DNA from: Eledone cirrhosa
Taxonomy: Eukaryota
NCBI GenBank assembly: GCA_964016885.1
Contig: OZ024740.1
Location: 47,430,001 to 47,494,000 of the forward strand
Direction: 5' to 3'
Length of the DNA stretch: 64,000 bases
The notes below the pieces were generated by a model that worked only from the letters and a program-made list of their open reading frames with translations, made no database searches and was not told the origin of the DNA. Below are positions 14,841 to 28,824 of this stretch, piece by piece. Position numbers and translations under genes: made by a program. Numbering within the stretch: position 1 is the first letter of the stretch; every line of letters begins with the position of its first letter.

Positions 14841-14984
14841 ACTATTAACAACACCTAAACATATAAACGCATGAAAATATTTCCAGGACGTCTTTTATTA
14901 ATAGTAGATAAAATGAAGTACCAGTAATGTACTGGTATAATTGATGGCCTCTGCCAAAAATAGAGACAATTATATATGAGAGAG

Positions 14985-15200
14985 GGCGGTGGGTTGGCAG
15001 TATCGGTAGAGGGTCAGACGCCATGCTCTGCAGCATAGAGTTACGCCCCTTTACGTTCTGAGTTCAAATCTCGCCGAGGTTTACTTTGCCTTTCACCCTT
15101 ACGAGGTCGATAAAATAAAGCACCAGTAACGTATTGGGGTCGATTTAATCGACTTTCCCCTTCCCCAATTACTGGCCTTATATGCCTATACTAGAAATCA
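14985..15200 (+). mobile_element. tRNA-derived SINE (family 1)
   Basis: Same A/B boxes and central domain as 14627-14840. Confidence 0.88.
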
Positions 15201-15752
15201 TTAATAGTAGTATAACATCAAAAATGATACAAGATTTATATAATTGCTAGTTGATATCAGATTACGAAGGATAAGATAATATATTTACTATGTAATCGAA
15301 CTTGATTTGTTTGGTATTAATTATTCATGTTTAGAATGTGGCCCTATTTCATCTGGTATAGTTATCTAAGTGACTATGTTTTACTATACTTTAATATTTC
15401 TGTAAAATTAGAACTAATTTTCAAGCAAAGATATTCAATCGAAATTTGTAATTTGTATTAATTTCAATTTTCTCCATCTTATTTGCAGCTTTGTTCTACA
15501 TACAGATTTAACTTTCAATTTACCTCAAATGGAAAAGTTATGATCCTTATTTGAAAACAATTGACGACATAAAAGACAAATATTTCAATGATATCATTAA
15601 GAATGATGAACAAAGTTATTCTACGTATTTTAATGCAACAAAAGAATATTGTGTCACACTTTTTGACAGTACACCGACTAAATTCAATGATATATATTCT
15701 ATCATCATCTCTTTGAATTCACCTAAGTAACCTTTTCTTATTTCCAATTCAG

Positions 15753-15866
15753 GCTGTGTATCATGTCGTATTTCAATGGGGTAATGAAGGCTATGACATA
15801 ACTAGAGAATTAGAAACTGGATGCCGTACTCCCGAGGACAGAGATACTTGCAACCATAATACTAAT
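15753..15866 (+). CDS. CAP/SCP gene exon: AVYHVVFQWGNEGYDITRELETGCRTPEDRDTCNHNTN
   Basis: tttccaattcag acceptor, gtaagt donor, 114 nt, phase 0-0. W-x-x-E and C-x8-C-x-H-x-T match the CAP 'CGHYTQ' region. Confidence 0.88.
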
Positions 15867-15914
15867 GTAAGTTAGACTTGTCTTTGTCATCATATTTTGC
15901 GTCATGAAATCTTA

Positions 15915-16220
15915 ATGGCTAGAGTGTTCAGTGCACAAACGTAAAGTAGAGTCTCCTGCGATACGTTGTGTCATTGAGCATGACACTTTATTTCCCTTTG
16001 ATACAATACATTAAGCTGGATAAAACTAGTGGTTCCTGTAACTCAAAGTTCTCTCTTTGTCACACATTGTGACACACTGAATTTGGGTACACGCGTTTGT
16101 GGACAACTATGATTTGGGTACACGCGTCTGTGGAATGCTCTATTCCTTGCAAATTACTTTTACGAGCTGGCTGTTCCGCCGATCAAACAGCTTGAAAACT
16201 CATTGTCAGAACTGACGAAA
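15915..16220 (+). mobile_element. old CORE-like SINE
   Basis: gttgtgtcattgagcatgacactttatttc resembles the CORE domain. Related copy at 57800-57925. Confidence 0.5.
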
Positions 16221-16463
16221 TTCCAATACACACACACTAAGTCTGTTAATCACCTTTTCTCCGCTCCATTAGTTTAATAATCTCTACCTGTCTCCACAAC
16301 TCACCTAATCTCTGTTCCTCTCCCACACATTTTCTCACTCTCCTAGTTCCTCATTCTCCCTTTCTGCCTTCCCTTATTCTTTTCTTATAACAATTTATTC
16401 ATTTATCTGTCTATAAATCTCCCTTATTCCTTAAATATTTCGTTTTCTTCTTCTCTTTTTTCT

Positions 16464-16505
<42 letters not shown>

Positions 16506-16539
16506 TTCTCTCTCTCTCTCTCTCTCCCTCTCTCTCTCT

Positions 16540-16739
16540 NNNNNNNNNNNNNNNNNNNNNNNNNNNNNNNNNNNNNNNNNNNNNNNNNNNNNNNNNNNNN
16601 NNNNNNNNNNNNNNNNNNNNNNNNNNNNNNNNNNNNNNNNNNNNNNNNNNNNNNNNNNNNNNNNNNNNNNNNNNNNNNNNNNNNNNNNNNNNNNNNNNNN
16701 NNNNNNNNNNNNNNNNNNNNNNNNNNNNNNNNNNNNNNN
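16540..16739. other. assembly gap (200 N)
   Basis: Run of N; the round size suggests a placeholder. Confidence 0.99.
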
Positions 16740-16979
16740 CAATATCTAATTCAATTTCATAAGTTTAATCCAGTATAAACTATGGGTATTTCTTTTCTAT
16801 ATTGTAAATCGAAAGTAATTTACAATAGGACGTGGTAATTACGAAAGACAGTTAATTATATTACTTGTATATATGTAAACCGTTATAATAAACAATGAAA
16901 TGTCTTTAAATGTAACATCTAGAAGACAGTGTGTTCTTTAAATATTTCTTATTGAAATTGCTGGAATATGTAGCACAGG

Positions 16980-17039
<60 letters not shown>

Positions 17040-17046
<7 letters not shown>

Positions 17047-20000
17047 AATGAGTTAATTGATTTGTTGATTATTCAACAAAGTTAATTTACAACAGATTAG
17101 AACCACTCAACGGGTTTTTCCGGATTATCATTAATATCAATAATATTAATAAATGGAAAATATCTTTATAAAACCATATTTATTTTATTATACGTATTTC
17201 AAGGGTACTAATATTTTAGTACGCTTTCGTCAGATAAAATACAATAATTGGTGTAAAGATAGTGACATATCTTCATGTGAACTTCATGTTTTAAATTCAT
17301 TGGAACGGTACAAATGAAGTAATAGATTGGTTTGGTGACATTAAATCTAAAAATAATACAGAATTTATACAAATGGATATAGCTAATTACTATTCTTCAA
17401 TAACTCCTAATTTACTTAATAAACCACTAATATACGCATCGAAGCATACTGACTTATCTACTGAAGAAATAAACATTATATTAACTGCACGAAACTCTCT
17501 TATTGAATTTAACAATGATCTCTGGACTAGAGCTGATAGACGGGACAACTTCGATATTACCATGGGCTCCTCTGACTCAGCTCAGGTTACAGATTTAGTT
17601 GGAATATTCATTCTTAATGCCTTACATAGGAAATTGCCGGAAATTACCGGAGGTTTATATTGTGATGATGCGTTATTTATAGTTGATAAACATAACAATA
17701 GTGAACTTAGCAGAAAAAAAGAAAGTTATTGTAGACTTTTTTAATAATTATGGCCTTAAATTAGAAATAGAAAATGATAATAAAATTGTTAACTTCTTAG
17801 ATGTTACACTAAACCTTAACTCAGGCCTATATTACTCGTTCCATAAGATTAATGAAAACCTAAACTACGTTAGCTTCTACTCTAACCACCCTAGAAATGT
17901 TAAAAAGGCTATAGTTAATAGTGTCCAGCAAAGAATATCTAGACTCTCAGCTAATAAAAATATATTTGATAACAAAGCAGAATATTACAATGTCGCTCTA
18001 CACAGAGTTGGATACAATAATAAAATTAACTACGTAGATAAGAATACTCTACACCAACCTCCTAAAGTTTATTATAATATTAATAATAATCAAATTAACC
18101 AAAATAATAAATCAAATAAGACACTGTCTTCTAGATGTTATATTTAAAGACATTTCATTGTTTATTATAACGGTTTACATGTATACAAGTAATATAATTA
18201 ACTGTCTTTCGTAATTACCACGTCAGAACTAGAAATATAATTTGGTATTCTCCTCCAATTTCATTAGGAATTAAGACACCTTTAACACACCAATTCTTTA
18301 AGGCTTTAGATAAATGTTTTCCTAAGTCCCATAAGTATCACTCTATTTTTAACAGACATACAGTCAAGCTCTCTTACTCTACTATTATGAATATATCCCA
18401 GAATGTTGCTAGAATTAATAATAGGAATTTAAAATTAAACTCAACCCAAATAAACTCAAATAGCAATAACAATATAATTAATAACTTTACGTATAATAAT
18501 AATAGTGAATGCATAAATAATAATACCGTATCTCTAAATAACAATATTAGAAAATGTAATTGCAGAAATAAAATATCATGCCCTTTACGGAATAATTGCC
18601 TTAATAGAAGTTTAGTATTCAAATGCACCATAAAAACTAGAGATAGATTATATAATTATATAGGAGCTACTTCTTTAAAATTTAAGGAGCGTTGGTATAA
18701 TCATAAACATACTTTCAAACGATCGGAGAAAAGATTCTGAACCTCAATTTCACAATTAATTTGGTCTTTAAAAGACAGTAACACTGACTATTCAATCTCT
18801 TGGCGAAAGATATCGAATGCGGCAGTTTACCAAAATATGGCTCTCTCAAGAATTTGTCATCTCTGTATTGAAGAAATCTTTCATATACTTACCAATCCTG
18901 GTAATATTATTAACAAAAAAAAGGAAATATATAATTCTTGATTGCATCGATTCTCCAGAACATTTCACAATATTTACAATTTATAGAAAATACTACACAT
19001 TGTCTGTGTAAGTTGCCTATGTACAATATATATATTTTGGTTGTCTTTATAAATATTTATACATAGAAATACATATTATTATCAAAATTTATTATATGGT
19101 GCTCTGAAAACTTATAGAAATTTTTACTTATATTTATAATGTATATTATAATTAATTATTAGGTTAAACATTACATAAAACAATATATCTTTAAATAATA
19201 TACCTTCCTTAAATTACTAAACACTAGAGTTATCTTCCCCTTAATAAAAGTTTGTTTATAATTCACACATACGAGACATTCAAATTTAATATAAATGTTT
19301 AAATTTATATAACTAACTTTATACAATAATAGATTATACATAATATTATACATCTTTACTTTAAAAAATATGATTATTTTTACATTCTTAAGGTATATAT
19401 AAAAAAGCATATACGTTATCGCTTGATATATCTTACGCTCTTTCCTAATTTGATGTCTATATATATACTTAAATAAGATCTATATTCACGCCTAATCATT
19501 TATGTACTAAATAAATGTTTTTAATAACCATATACAATAATGTCTTATACTACAAAACATTATATTTATAACTGCAGTCATCATATTAAAATATATGCGT
19601 AAAATATAACCAATCGTATATCTTTCACATATTATATTGTTGTAATTCCTTTAATAATTTAATAGTTCTCAATTTAATACATTACTTTTTAATTCTCACC
19701 TAAATATTATAAATACTTCCATATTCTTAAAATATATTATAAAATTAAATAAATAAATAACCTTAACTATATCATTCTTTCTATACCCATGTAAATATGT
19801 TTGGGTGTATATATGCATATTTCTATAAATAATCCTAAATTAACTTTACAATTTTTTTTTCAAATTTAATAGCAAATCCTTTTCAAAGATATTTAGATGA
19901 ATATTTAAAATCTATCTAGCGACTAAACTTAACGGTCCTTTTCAGTTTTAACGTTATCCTCATTGGCATATTTCCACTGAGTTTTGAAAAATTAAATTCA

Positions 20001-20175
20001 CTATCTTCAATGAAATTATAACATGAAGTTCATATGAAGATATGTCACAATCTTTACACCTATTATTGTATTTTATCTGACGAAAGCGTACTAAAATATT
20101 AGTACCCTTGAAGTACGCATAATAAAATAAATATGGTTTTATAAAGATATTTTCCATTTCTTAATATTATTGATA
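17040..20175 (+). mobile_element. Penelope-like retroelement (RT + GIY-YIG), frameshifted, inverted terminal segment
   Basis: DIANYYSSI, MGSSDSAQVTDLVG, GLYCDD, NFLDVTL and NHP RT motifs. CNCR..CPLRNNC and YIGAT..KFKERWYNHK GIY-YIG motifs. 17132-17290 is inverted at 20020-20175. Confidence 0.9.
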
Positions 20176-20217
20176 TATATATATAGATTTATTTATTTAT
20201 TTATACATACATATATA

Positions 20218-20321
<104 letters not shown>

Positions 20322-20719
20322 GCGATCCTGTGTCCGCCTAACGAAGCCAGTGTCTGGTACTGATTTCTGCAGGTTGCCGCTGGAGAAAGTATCGCAGCAA
20401 GTCGCATCTCTATTTAGGAACTTGCCGCTTTGGAGCAGAAAAGGTTTTGAGGCCGTTTGGTATTTGCCGTTTCTTCGGTCTAATCTTATTATTATAGTTG
20501 TAGTGGCACCCCTGCTTGGTACAAACCACATGTGACAATATCGTTTAGATTGACCTGCTGAGGGGAATAGCCAGCGTTAAGACGGTATGTCAACGGGTGG
20601 AATCTGGAAATGTCAACCGTGGATCCGTAACGGCTTTTGTGTTGCTCATAGACCTGACTACAAATCCTATTTATATATATATAGATATAACTATAGATTT
20701 TAAATAATGAAATACTTAC

Positions 20720-20755
20720 GTATTAAAGATGCCACACTGGTATGCACGTGCCTTG
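20720..20755 (-). CDS. micro-exon E13 (36 nt): (P)RHVHTSVASLI
   Basis: ttttcttaattttag acceptor, gtaagt donor, phase 1-1, paralog of E7/E12. Confidence 0.75.
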
Positions 20756-21907
20756 CTAAAATTAAGAAAATAAACATTAATGTAACTTATTTTAATAGTT
20801 GTATCAGTCATTAAACATCAAATATTTAATGTGAAGTACTTAATATTTATCTAATTCTTTATATTTTTCAACATTTATTTATAATTATATGGCTATCATT
20901 ATTTATCTTACATTTTTTAATTTTTGTAATTAAAAATTATAATTAAAAATTGTAATTAAAAATTATCGTCAATTTCTATACGATGATGAGTTATTTATTT
21001 TCTTCATTTTCTTGTATAGAATGTTGATTAGATAAAGAATTGAAAATTAAACAAAATATTATTTCGGATTTAAAATTTTTATATGGAAACTGTAAGAATG
21101 GGATTAAATATAAATTATTTAAACTAACATTAATGTCTAAAATTGACTGCAGATAATGTTTGGCTGTTTGTGTATTTTATTTTGAATCAAATTGGCAATG
21201 AATCATTTATTTATTATTACTCAATTTAAACGCCTGCAGAGAGCTAACAACCTATGGCAGACTCGGGAGAAGTATCGAATACTCCTTACAGTTGGTAATC
21301 AAAAAGAGCTAGTGTGACAAGTAATAAAAAAGAAATGAAAAAAGGAAAAGATGAAAAATAAAAATATATAAAATCTAAAATGAAATTTAAAAAACGAAAA
21401 GGAGGAAAATGAAATAACAAAAATAACATTCCAAATATTGAAGGCCAGTGGGGTGAAGATTATAATTGTTTGATTGAATATGAGTGGAAAGACATACTTC
21501 TGACCACAAAAAAATATCCGCATTTTTGCAGTGGGGTAAATAAAATAAAATAAAATAAAATAAAATAAAAACGTTTTATTAATTTTCATTTTGCCATCAA
21601 TGAAAAGAGTGCTGTATGTATTTAACAAAGAATATATATTGTTTTGAGATTTTCAATATCTAATTCAATTTCATAAGTTTAATCCAGTATAGACTATGAG
21701 TATTTCTTTTCTATGTTGTAAATCAAAAGTAGTTTCCAATAGGACTATTAATTAACTAACGTGGTAATTACGAAAGACAGTTAATTATATTACTTGTATA
21801 CATGTAAACCGTTATAATAAACAATGAAATTCTTTAAATGTAACATCTAGAAGACAGTGTCTTCTTTAAATATTTCTTATTGAAACTGCTGGAATATGTA
21901 ACACGGG

Positions 21908-21949
<42 letters not shown>

Positions 21950-21952
<3 letters not shown>

Positions 21953-24920
21953 AATGAGTCAATTGATTTGTTGATTATTCAACAAAGTTGATTTACAACA
22001 GATTAGAACCTCTCAACGGGTTTTTCCGGATTATCATTAATATCAATAATATTAATAAATGGAAAATATCTTTATAAAACCATATTTATTTTATTATACG
22101 TATTTCAAGGGTACTAATATTTTAGTACGCTTTCGTCAGATAAAATACAATGATTGGTGTAAAGATTGTGACATATCTTCATGTGAACTTCATGTTATAA
22201 ATTCATTGGAACGGTACAAATGAAGTAATAGATTGGTTTGTAGACATTAAATCTAAAAATAATACAGAACTTATACAAATGGATATAGCTAATCACTATT
22301 CTTCAATAACTCCTAATTTACTTAATAAACCACTAATATACGCATCAAAGCATACTGACTTATCTACTGAAGAAATAAACATTATATTAACTGCACGAAA
22401 CTCTCTTATTGAATTTAACAATGATCTCTGGACTAGAGCTGATAGACGGGACAACTTCGATATTACCATGGGCTCCTCTGACTCAGCTCAGGTTACAGAT
22501 TTGGTTGGAATATTCATTCTTAATGCCTTACATAGGAAATTGCCGGAAATTACCGGAGGTTTATATTGTGATGATGCGTTATTTATAGTTGATAAACATA
22601 ACAATAGTGAACTTAGCAGAAAAAAAGAAAATTATTATAGACTTTTTTAATAATTATGGCCTTAAATTAGAAATAGAAAATGATAATAAAATTGTTAACT
22701 TCTTAGATGTTACACTAAACCTTAACTCAGGCCTATATTACCCGTTCCATAAGATTAATGAAAACCTAAACTACGTTAGCTTCTACTCTAACCACCCTAG
22801 AAATGTTAAAAAGGCTATAGTTAATAGTGTCCAGCAAAGAATATCTAGACTCTCAGCTAATAAAAATATATTTGATAACAAAGCAGAATATTACAATGTC
22901 GCTCTACACGGAGTTGGATACAATAATAAAATTAACTACGTAGATAAGAATACTCTACACCAACCTCCTAAAGTTTATTATAATATTAATAATAATCAAA
23001 TTAACCAAAATAATAAATCAAATAAGACACTGTCTTCTAGATGTTATATTTAAAGACATTTCATTGTTTATTATAACGGTTTACATGTATACAAGTAATA
23101 TAATTAACTGTCTTTCGTAATTACCACGTCAGAACTAGAAATATAATTTGGTATTCTCCTCCAATTTCATTAGGAATTAAGACACCTTTAACACACCAAT
23201 TCTTTAAGGCTTTAGATAAATGTTTTCCTAAGTCTCATAAGTATCACTCTATTTTTAACAGACATACAGTCAAGCTCTCTTACTCTACTATTATGAATAT
23301 ATCCCAGAATGTTGCTAGAATTAATAATAGGAATTTAAAATTAAACTCAACCCAAATAAACTCAAATAGCAATAACAATATAATTAATAACTTTACGTAT
23401 AATAATAATAGTGAATGCATAAATAATAATACCGTATCTCTAAATAACAATATTAGAAAATGTAATTGCAGAAATAACATATCATGCCCTTTACGGAATA
23501 ATTGCCTTGATAGAAGTTTAGTATTCAAATGCACCATAAAAACTAGAGATAGATTATATAATTATATAGGAACTACTTCTTTAAAATTTAAGGACCGTTG
23601 GATAATCATAAACATACTTTCAAACGATCGGACAAAAAATTCTCAACCTCAATTTCACAATTAATTTGGTCTTTAAAAGACAGTAACACTGACTATTCAA
23701 TCTCTTGGCGAAAGATATCGAATGCGGCAGTTTACCAAAATATGGCTCTCTCAAGAATTTGTCATCTCTGTATTGAAGAAATCTTTCATATAATTACCAA
23801 TCCTGGTAATATTATTAACAAAAAAAAGGAAATATATAATTCTTGTTTGCATCGATTCTCCAGAACATTTCACAATATTTACAATTTATAGAAAATACAA
23901 CACATTGTCTGTGTAAGTTGCCTATGTACAATATATATATTTTTGTTGTCTTTATAAATTCTTAAATTTATACATAGAAATACATATTATTATCAAAATT
24001 TACTATATGGTGCTCTGAAAACTTATAGAAATTTTTACTTATATTTATAATATATATTATAATTAATTATTAGGTTAAACATTACATAAAACAATATATC
24101 TTTAAATAATATACCTTCCTTAAATTACTAAAGACTAGAGTTTATAATTCACACATACGAGACATCCAAATTTAATATAAATGTTTAAATTTATATAACT
24201 AACTTTATACAATAATAGATTATACATAATATTATACATCTTCACTTTAAAAAATATGATTATTTTTACATTCTTAAGGTATATATAAAAAAGCATATAT
24301 GTTATCGCTTGATATATCTTACGCTCTTTCCTAATTTGATGTCTATATATATATACTTAAATAAGATCTATATTCACGCCTAATCATTTATGTACTAAAT
24401 AAATGTTTTTAATAACCATATACAATAATGTCTTATAATACAATAGATTATATTTATAACTGCAGTCATCATATTAAAATATATGCGTAAAATATAACCA
24501 ATCGTATATCTTTCACATATTATATTGTTGTAATTGCTTTAATAATTTAATAGTTCTCAATTTAATACATTACATTTTAATTCTCACCTAAATATTATAA
24601 ATACTTCCATATTCTTAAAATATATTATAAAATTAAATAAATAAATAACCATAATTATATCATTCTTTCTATACCCATGTAAATATGTTTGGGTGTATAT
24701 ATGCATATTTCTATAAATAATCCTAAATTAACTTTACAATATTTTTTTCAAATTTAATAGCAAATTCTTTTCAAAGATATTTAGATGAATATTTAAAATC
24801 TATCTAGCGATTAAACTTAACGGTCCTTTTCAGTTTTAACGTTATCCTCATTGGCATATTTCCACTGAGTTTTGACAAATTAAATTCACTATCTTCAATG
24901 AAATTATAACATGAAGTTCA
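21950..24920 (+). mobile_element. Penelope-like element, copy 2
   Basis: Same ORF fragments as 17373-18740 (22279-23891). Confidence 0.9.
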
Positions 24921-25344
24921 TATGGGGGGGGGGGGGGGGCGGATTGCGATCCTGTGTCCGCCTAACGAAGCCAGTGTCTGGTACTGATTTCTCCAGGTTG
25001 CCGCTGGAGAAAGTATCGCAGCAAGTCGCATCTCAATTTAGGAACTTGCCGCTTTGGAGCAGAAAAGGTTTTGAGGCCGTTTGGTATTTGCCGTTTTTTT
25101 CGGTCTAATCTTATTATTATAGTTGTAGTGGCACCCCTGCTTGGTACAAACCACATGTGACAATATCGTTTAGATTGACCTGCTGAGGGGAACAGCCAGC
25201 GTTAAGACGGTATGTCAACGGGTGGAATCTGGAAATGTCAACCGTTGATCCGTAACGGCTTTTGTGTTGCTCATAGACCTGACTACAAATCCTATTTATA
25301 TATATATAGATATAACTATAGATTTTACATAATGAAATACTTAC

Positions 25345-25380
25345 GTATTAAAGATGCCACACTGGCAGGCACGTGCCTTG
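25345..25380 (-). CDS. micro-exon E12 (36 nt): (A)RHVPASVASLI
   Basis: ttttcttaattttag acceptor, gtaagt donor, phase 1-1. Confidence 0.78.
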
Positions 25381-26483
25381 CTAAAATTAAGAAAATAAAC
25401 ATTAATGTAACTTATTTTAATAGTTGTATCAGTCATTAAACATCAAATATTTAATGTGAAGTACTTAATATTTATCTAATTCTTTATATTTTTCAACATT
25501 TATTTATAATTATATGGCTATCATTATTTATCTTACATTTTTTTAATTTTTGTAATTAAAAATTATAATTAAAAATTGTAATTAAAAATTATCGTCAATT
25601 TCTATACGATGATGAGCTATTTATTTTCTTCATTTTCTTGTATAGAATGTTGATTACATAAAGAATTGAAAATTAAACAAAATATTATTTCGGATTTAAA
25701 ATTTTTATATGGAAACTGTAAGAATGGGATTAAATATAAATTATTTAAACTAACATTAATGTCTAAAATTGACTGCGTTCAGATAATGTTTGGCTGTTTG
25801 TGTATTTTATTTTGAATCAAATTGGCATCGAGGTTTCAATTTAAAACATTTTTAATCGACTTTACCTTCGGTTATTTTGGTCTCTTAAATCATATTTATT
25901 TCACATTACAAACTTACTGAATTGGAAAATAAATTGAATCTAAATTTCCATCATTCACTTTACTTGTTTGCATCCATCTTGCCGTATTTTGGTAGGATTA
26001 TTTGTTCTGCTGTCAAATGCTAGCAAGTTGTCTTTTACCATTCTTTGATTAATAACAAAAACTACCAGTATTATATTGGACAGGTGATTTAATCAACAGT
26101 GTTAGCTAAAAACTCTATAAATATATTATGTAGTGCAGTTTGGTATTGAAACAAATCACCGTTAATGTACCGGTAGTTTATTAATTAAACTACCTGCAAA
26201 TTGGTCTATCTATTTTACTTAAGCCACTAATAAACGTATGTGTGTAAGCAGTATGTCTATGTGTAGTTAAAGAGGGTAGTCAGTTGCTGATGAAATCACA
26301 ACACAGGGTTGAATCTAATTTTACTGATCCCTCTTTTTCTGTCCATAAACATATTGTTTATATTGTTGGATAAAAGATTATATAATTATGTCGTAGTATG
26401 AACATAGTATTAAATATATATATATATATAAATAAAATGGCTGGCTATGTGGTTGCAATTACGTATAATGAAAATTAAAGTTA

Positions 26484-26560
26484 CGGGCGAAAGAGGGTAA
26501 TATCCATTGTCAGTTGTTTTTCATTGCTAGGAATCATAGGTATTTCTTCGCGTTAGATAT

Positions 26561-26595
<35 letters not shown>

Positions 26596-27173
26596 TCCTG
26601 CCCCCCTCGTTATCGAGTATGACCGTTGCACGATATACCATTATTAACAATTATTAACTAATTCTATCGTGCAACGCCTGTGCGTGAAGATATTTTTTAA
26701 AGTGAAAAAGACTGAGCACTGAGTCAATCCCACTCCCTGGGCGACAGTAGCTATAACCCGAAAAGAAGAAAAGATCAACATCATCGGTAACTACTGAGCC
26801 GCAGGTTTTATATCAGAGTTATCGCAGTTTCCTGGTTTGCCTTCTCCTAGAAGAATGCCCTGACAAAGGTTAGGGATCCTTCACTCCCAGTGGTTTAACC
26901 GCGGGGTACATGTGTATATTTACACAATTTGGGATGGCCGTTGACTTTTATACGTTCTTCCGCCCTTTGTCAGGTTTTGTTTTTTGTCCTGCAGGGTGTC
27001 CAAAATCACCGTCCCCACCAAGTAAACTTGGTAGGGTTGCCGGTTTAGTCGCCGACGACCCGACCATACGACAGGTTGTACTGGGTTACATGTTACCAGC
27101 AGCACTCAAGAGTGACTCGACATACATACGTACATACATACATACATTCATACATATATATATATAAATAAAA
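26484..27173 (-). mobile_element. copy-specific insertion resembling an RTE-type 5' UTR / non-autonomous retroelement
   Basis: Absent at the paralogous site ~48050. Flanked by an imperfect aaataaaagtta duplication. RTE assignment is from memory only. Confidence 0.55.
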
Positions 27174-27445
27174 GTTATATATATATATATATGAGAAAGA
27201 AGCCTTACATGCTGTATCTAGCTGCAGCAGAAACTATAATTATGTAACGTGTACTTATCTATATTACATTCCTTTCGATCATAGCAAAAAGAAATATTGA
27301 CAATCATTTATAAGTGAATATAAAGGATTCAACTCAGAATCAAAACTATATGAAAAGAATCTGTTAATCGAAATCTTAATTCGATGTCACGTAAAACATA
27401 TTTGTGTATTATATAAAAGACAAAAGTACATGTTCGAAAACTCAC

Positions 27446-27469
27446 CAGAAGTGAATTCTCCGCGATTTG
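27446..27469 (-). CDS. micro-exon E11 (24 nt): (A)NRGEFTS
   Basis: ttag acceptor after a T-rich tract, CTG|gtgagt donor, phase 1-1, identical to E6. Confidence 0.6.
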
Positions 27470-27654
27470 CTAATTCAGCGATTCAAAATTAAAGAAAATA
27501 TTATAAGAAATACTTGAAATAAATGATATAAAGTTTTTCGAGTGTAACGAAAGTCAAATTGATGTATTTCGATGTGTGACTAATGACTATAAGAAAGAAT
27601 ATTGATTTAATTTTATAGTAATTGCTTTATTAACAGAGTATATTCATGTCCCTT

Positions 27655-27775
27655 GCCATTCTGAGTTCATATCCCGCCGAGGTTGACTTTGCCTTTCATC
27701 CTTACGGGGGTCGATAAAATAAAGTACCAGTAATACACTGGGTAATTTGCTGGCCTTGTGCCAAAAGTAGAAACA
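27655..27775 (+). mobile_element. SINE family 1, 5'-truncated, followed by (TTA)n
   Basis: B box and central domain present. Lies at the end of duplication copy 2. Confidence 0.8.
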
Positions 27776-27859
<84 letters not shown>

Positions 27860-27932
27860 GTGGTTGTTGATGTTAAGGCTCTGATACCATCAACACTATA
27901 AACACAGAGTTGGCATATCTAAGAACTGACTA

Positions 27933-27988
27933 ACTGCCTGATGAGTTCATAGCCATTCAATGGCTATCATCGAAATATATATAGCAGT
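27933..27988 (+). ncRNA. minimal type I hammerhead ribozyme (Penelope pLTR type)
   Basis: actgc-CTGATGA-g..atagccatt/aatggctat..c-GAAA-tatata-TA-gcagt. Palindromic stem III. A second copy at 55390-55445 has GAAA>GTAA. Confidence 0.8.
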
Positions 27989-28029
27989 AAATAAAGGATT
28001 ATGAGTTCATGCAATTGACTTATGTTTCG

Positions 28030-28078
<49 letters not shown>

Positions 28079-28415
28079 TATCGAGTTGAGCTCTGCTGAG
28101 GATCGAATATCAACCGTGACCATCTCCACTGAAAGTTTACGTGAAATAGTCTTTAAGACTATACAGAGCATTTGAAGTTTTTCCAAATTGAAGGATGAGT
28201 ATTTTAAACTTTATTTTATCATGAGTTAAGGCTCTATTGATTTTTCAATGGATTTCACTAAATTCTGTGGATGAATCTTTATCCTGATTCTCTTTGAGAT
28301 GAGTTTGAATTATTTTTCCCACATCTTACGTTAACTATTTTTCCCATTTTGACGCTATAGTCACTTATATATTATGGAATACTGTTGGCTTTTTGCTACG
28401 TTTTCTATACCTTTC

Positions 28416-28540
<125 letters not shown>

Positions 28541-28618
28541 AAATAGCCTCGTGAAGCAAAAACGTTTTTTAATGCAAATCTATGATAACATTCTAGATCA
28601 GAGGTGTAACGAACTTAC

Positions 28619-28651
28619 CGTTATAGACTACAGGTTTATGATCAGCTTCAG
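28619..28651 (-). CDS. micro-exon E10 (33 nt): (A)EADHKPVVYN
   Basis: tttttctttgttcatttag acceptor, G|gtaagt donor, phase 1-1. Confidence 0.8.
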
Positions 28652-28824
28652 CTAAATGAACAAAGAAAAAGAGTATTTAATATATACTTTGAAATGAATC
28701 ATTTATTTATTTAATTATTTATTCAACCTATAATAGACTCGGGAGAAGTATCGATTACTCCTTAAAGTTGTAACATAATTAAATATGTATATGATGCAAT
28801 ACTGATTCCCATTTATTATTACTA

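Larger units (their letters stand above)
21198..27645. repeat. segmental duplication copy 2 (matches ~42445-48525)
   Basis: Near-identical sequence. Junction with copy 1 at ~21198 near a gaatca microhomology. Confidence 0.92.

Noticed and set aside
24923-24939. Poly-G run replacing ~300 bp present in the other copies (similar run at 62421-62430)
   Set aside because: May be a sequencing or assembly artefact; no biological claim made.
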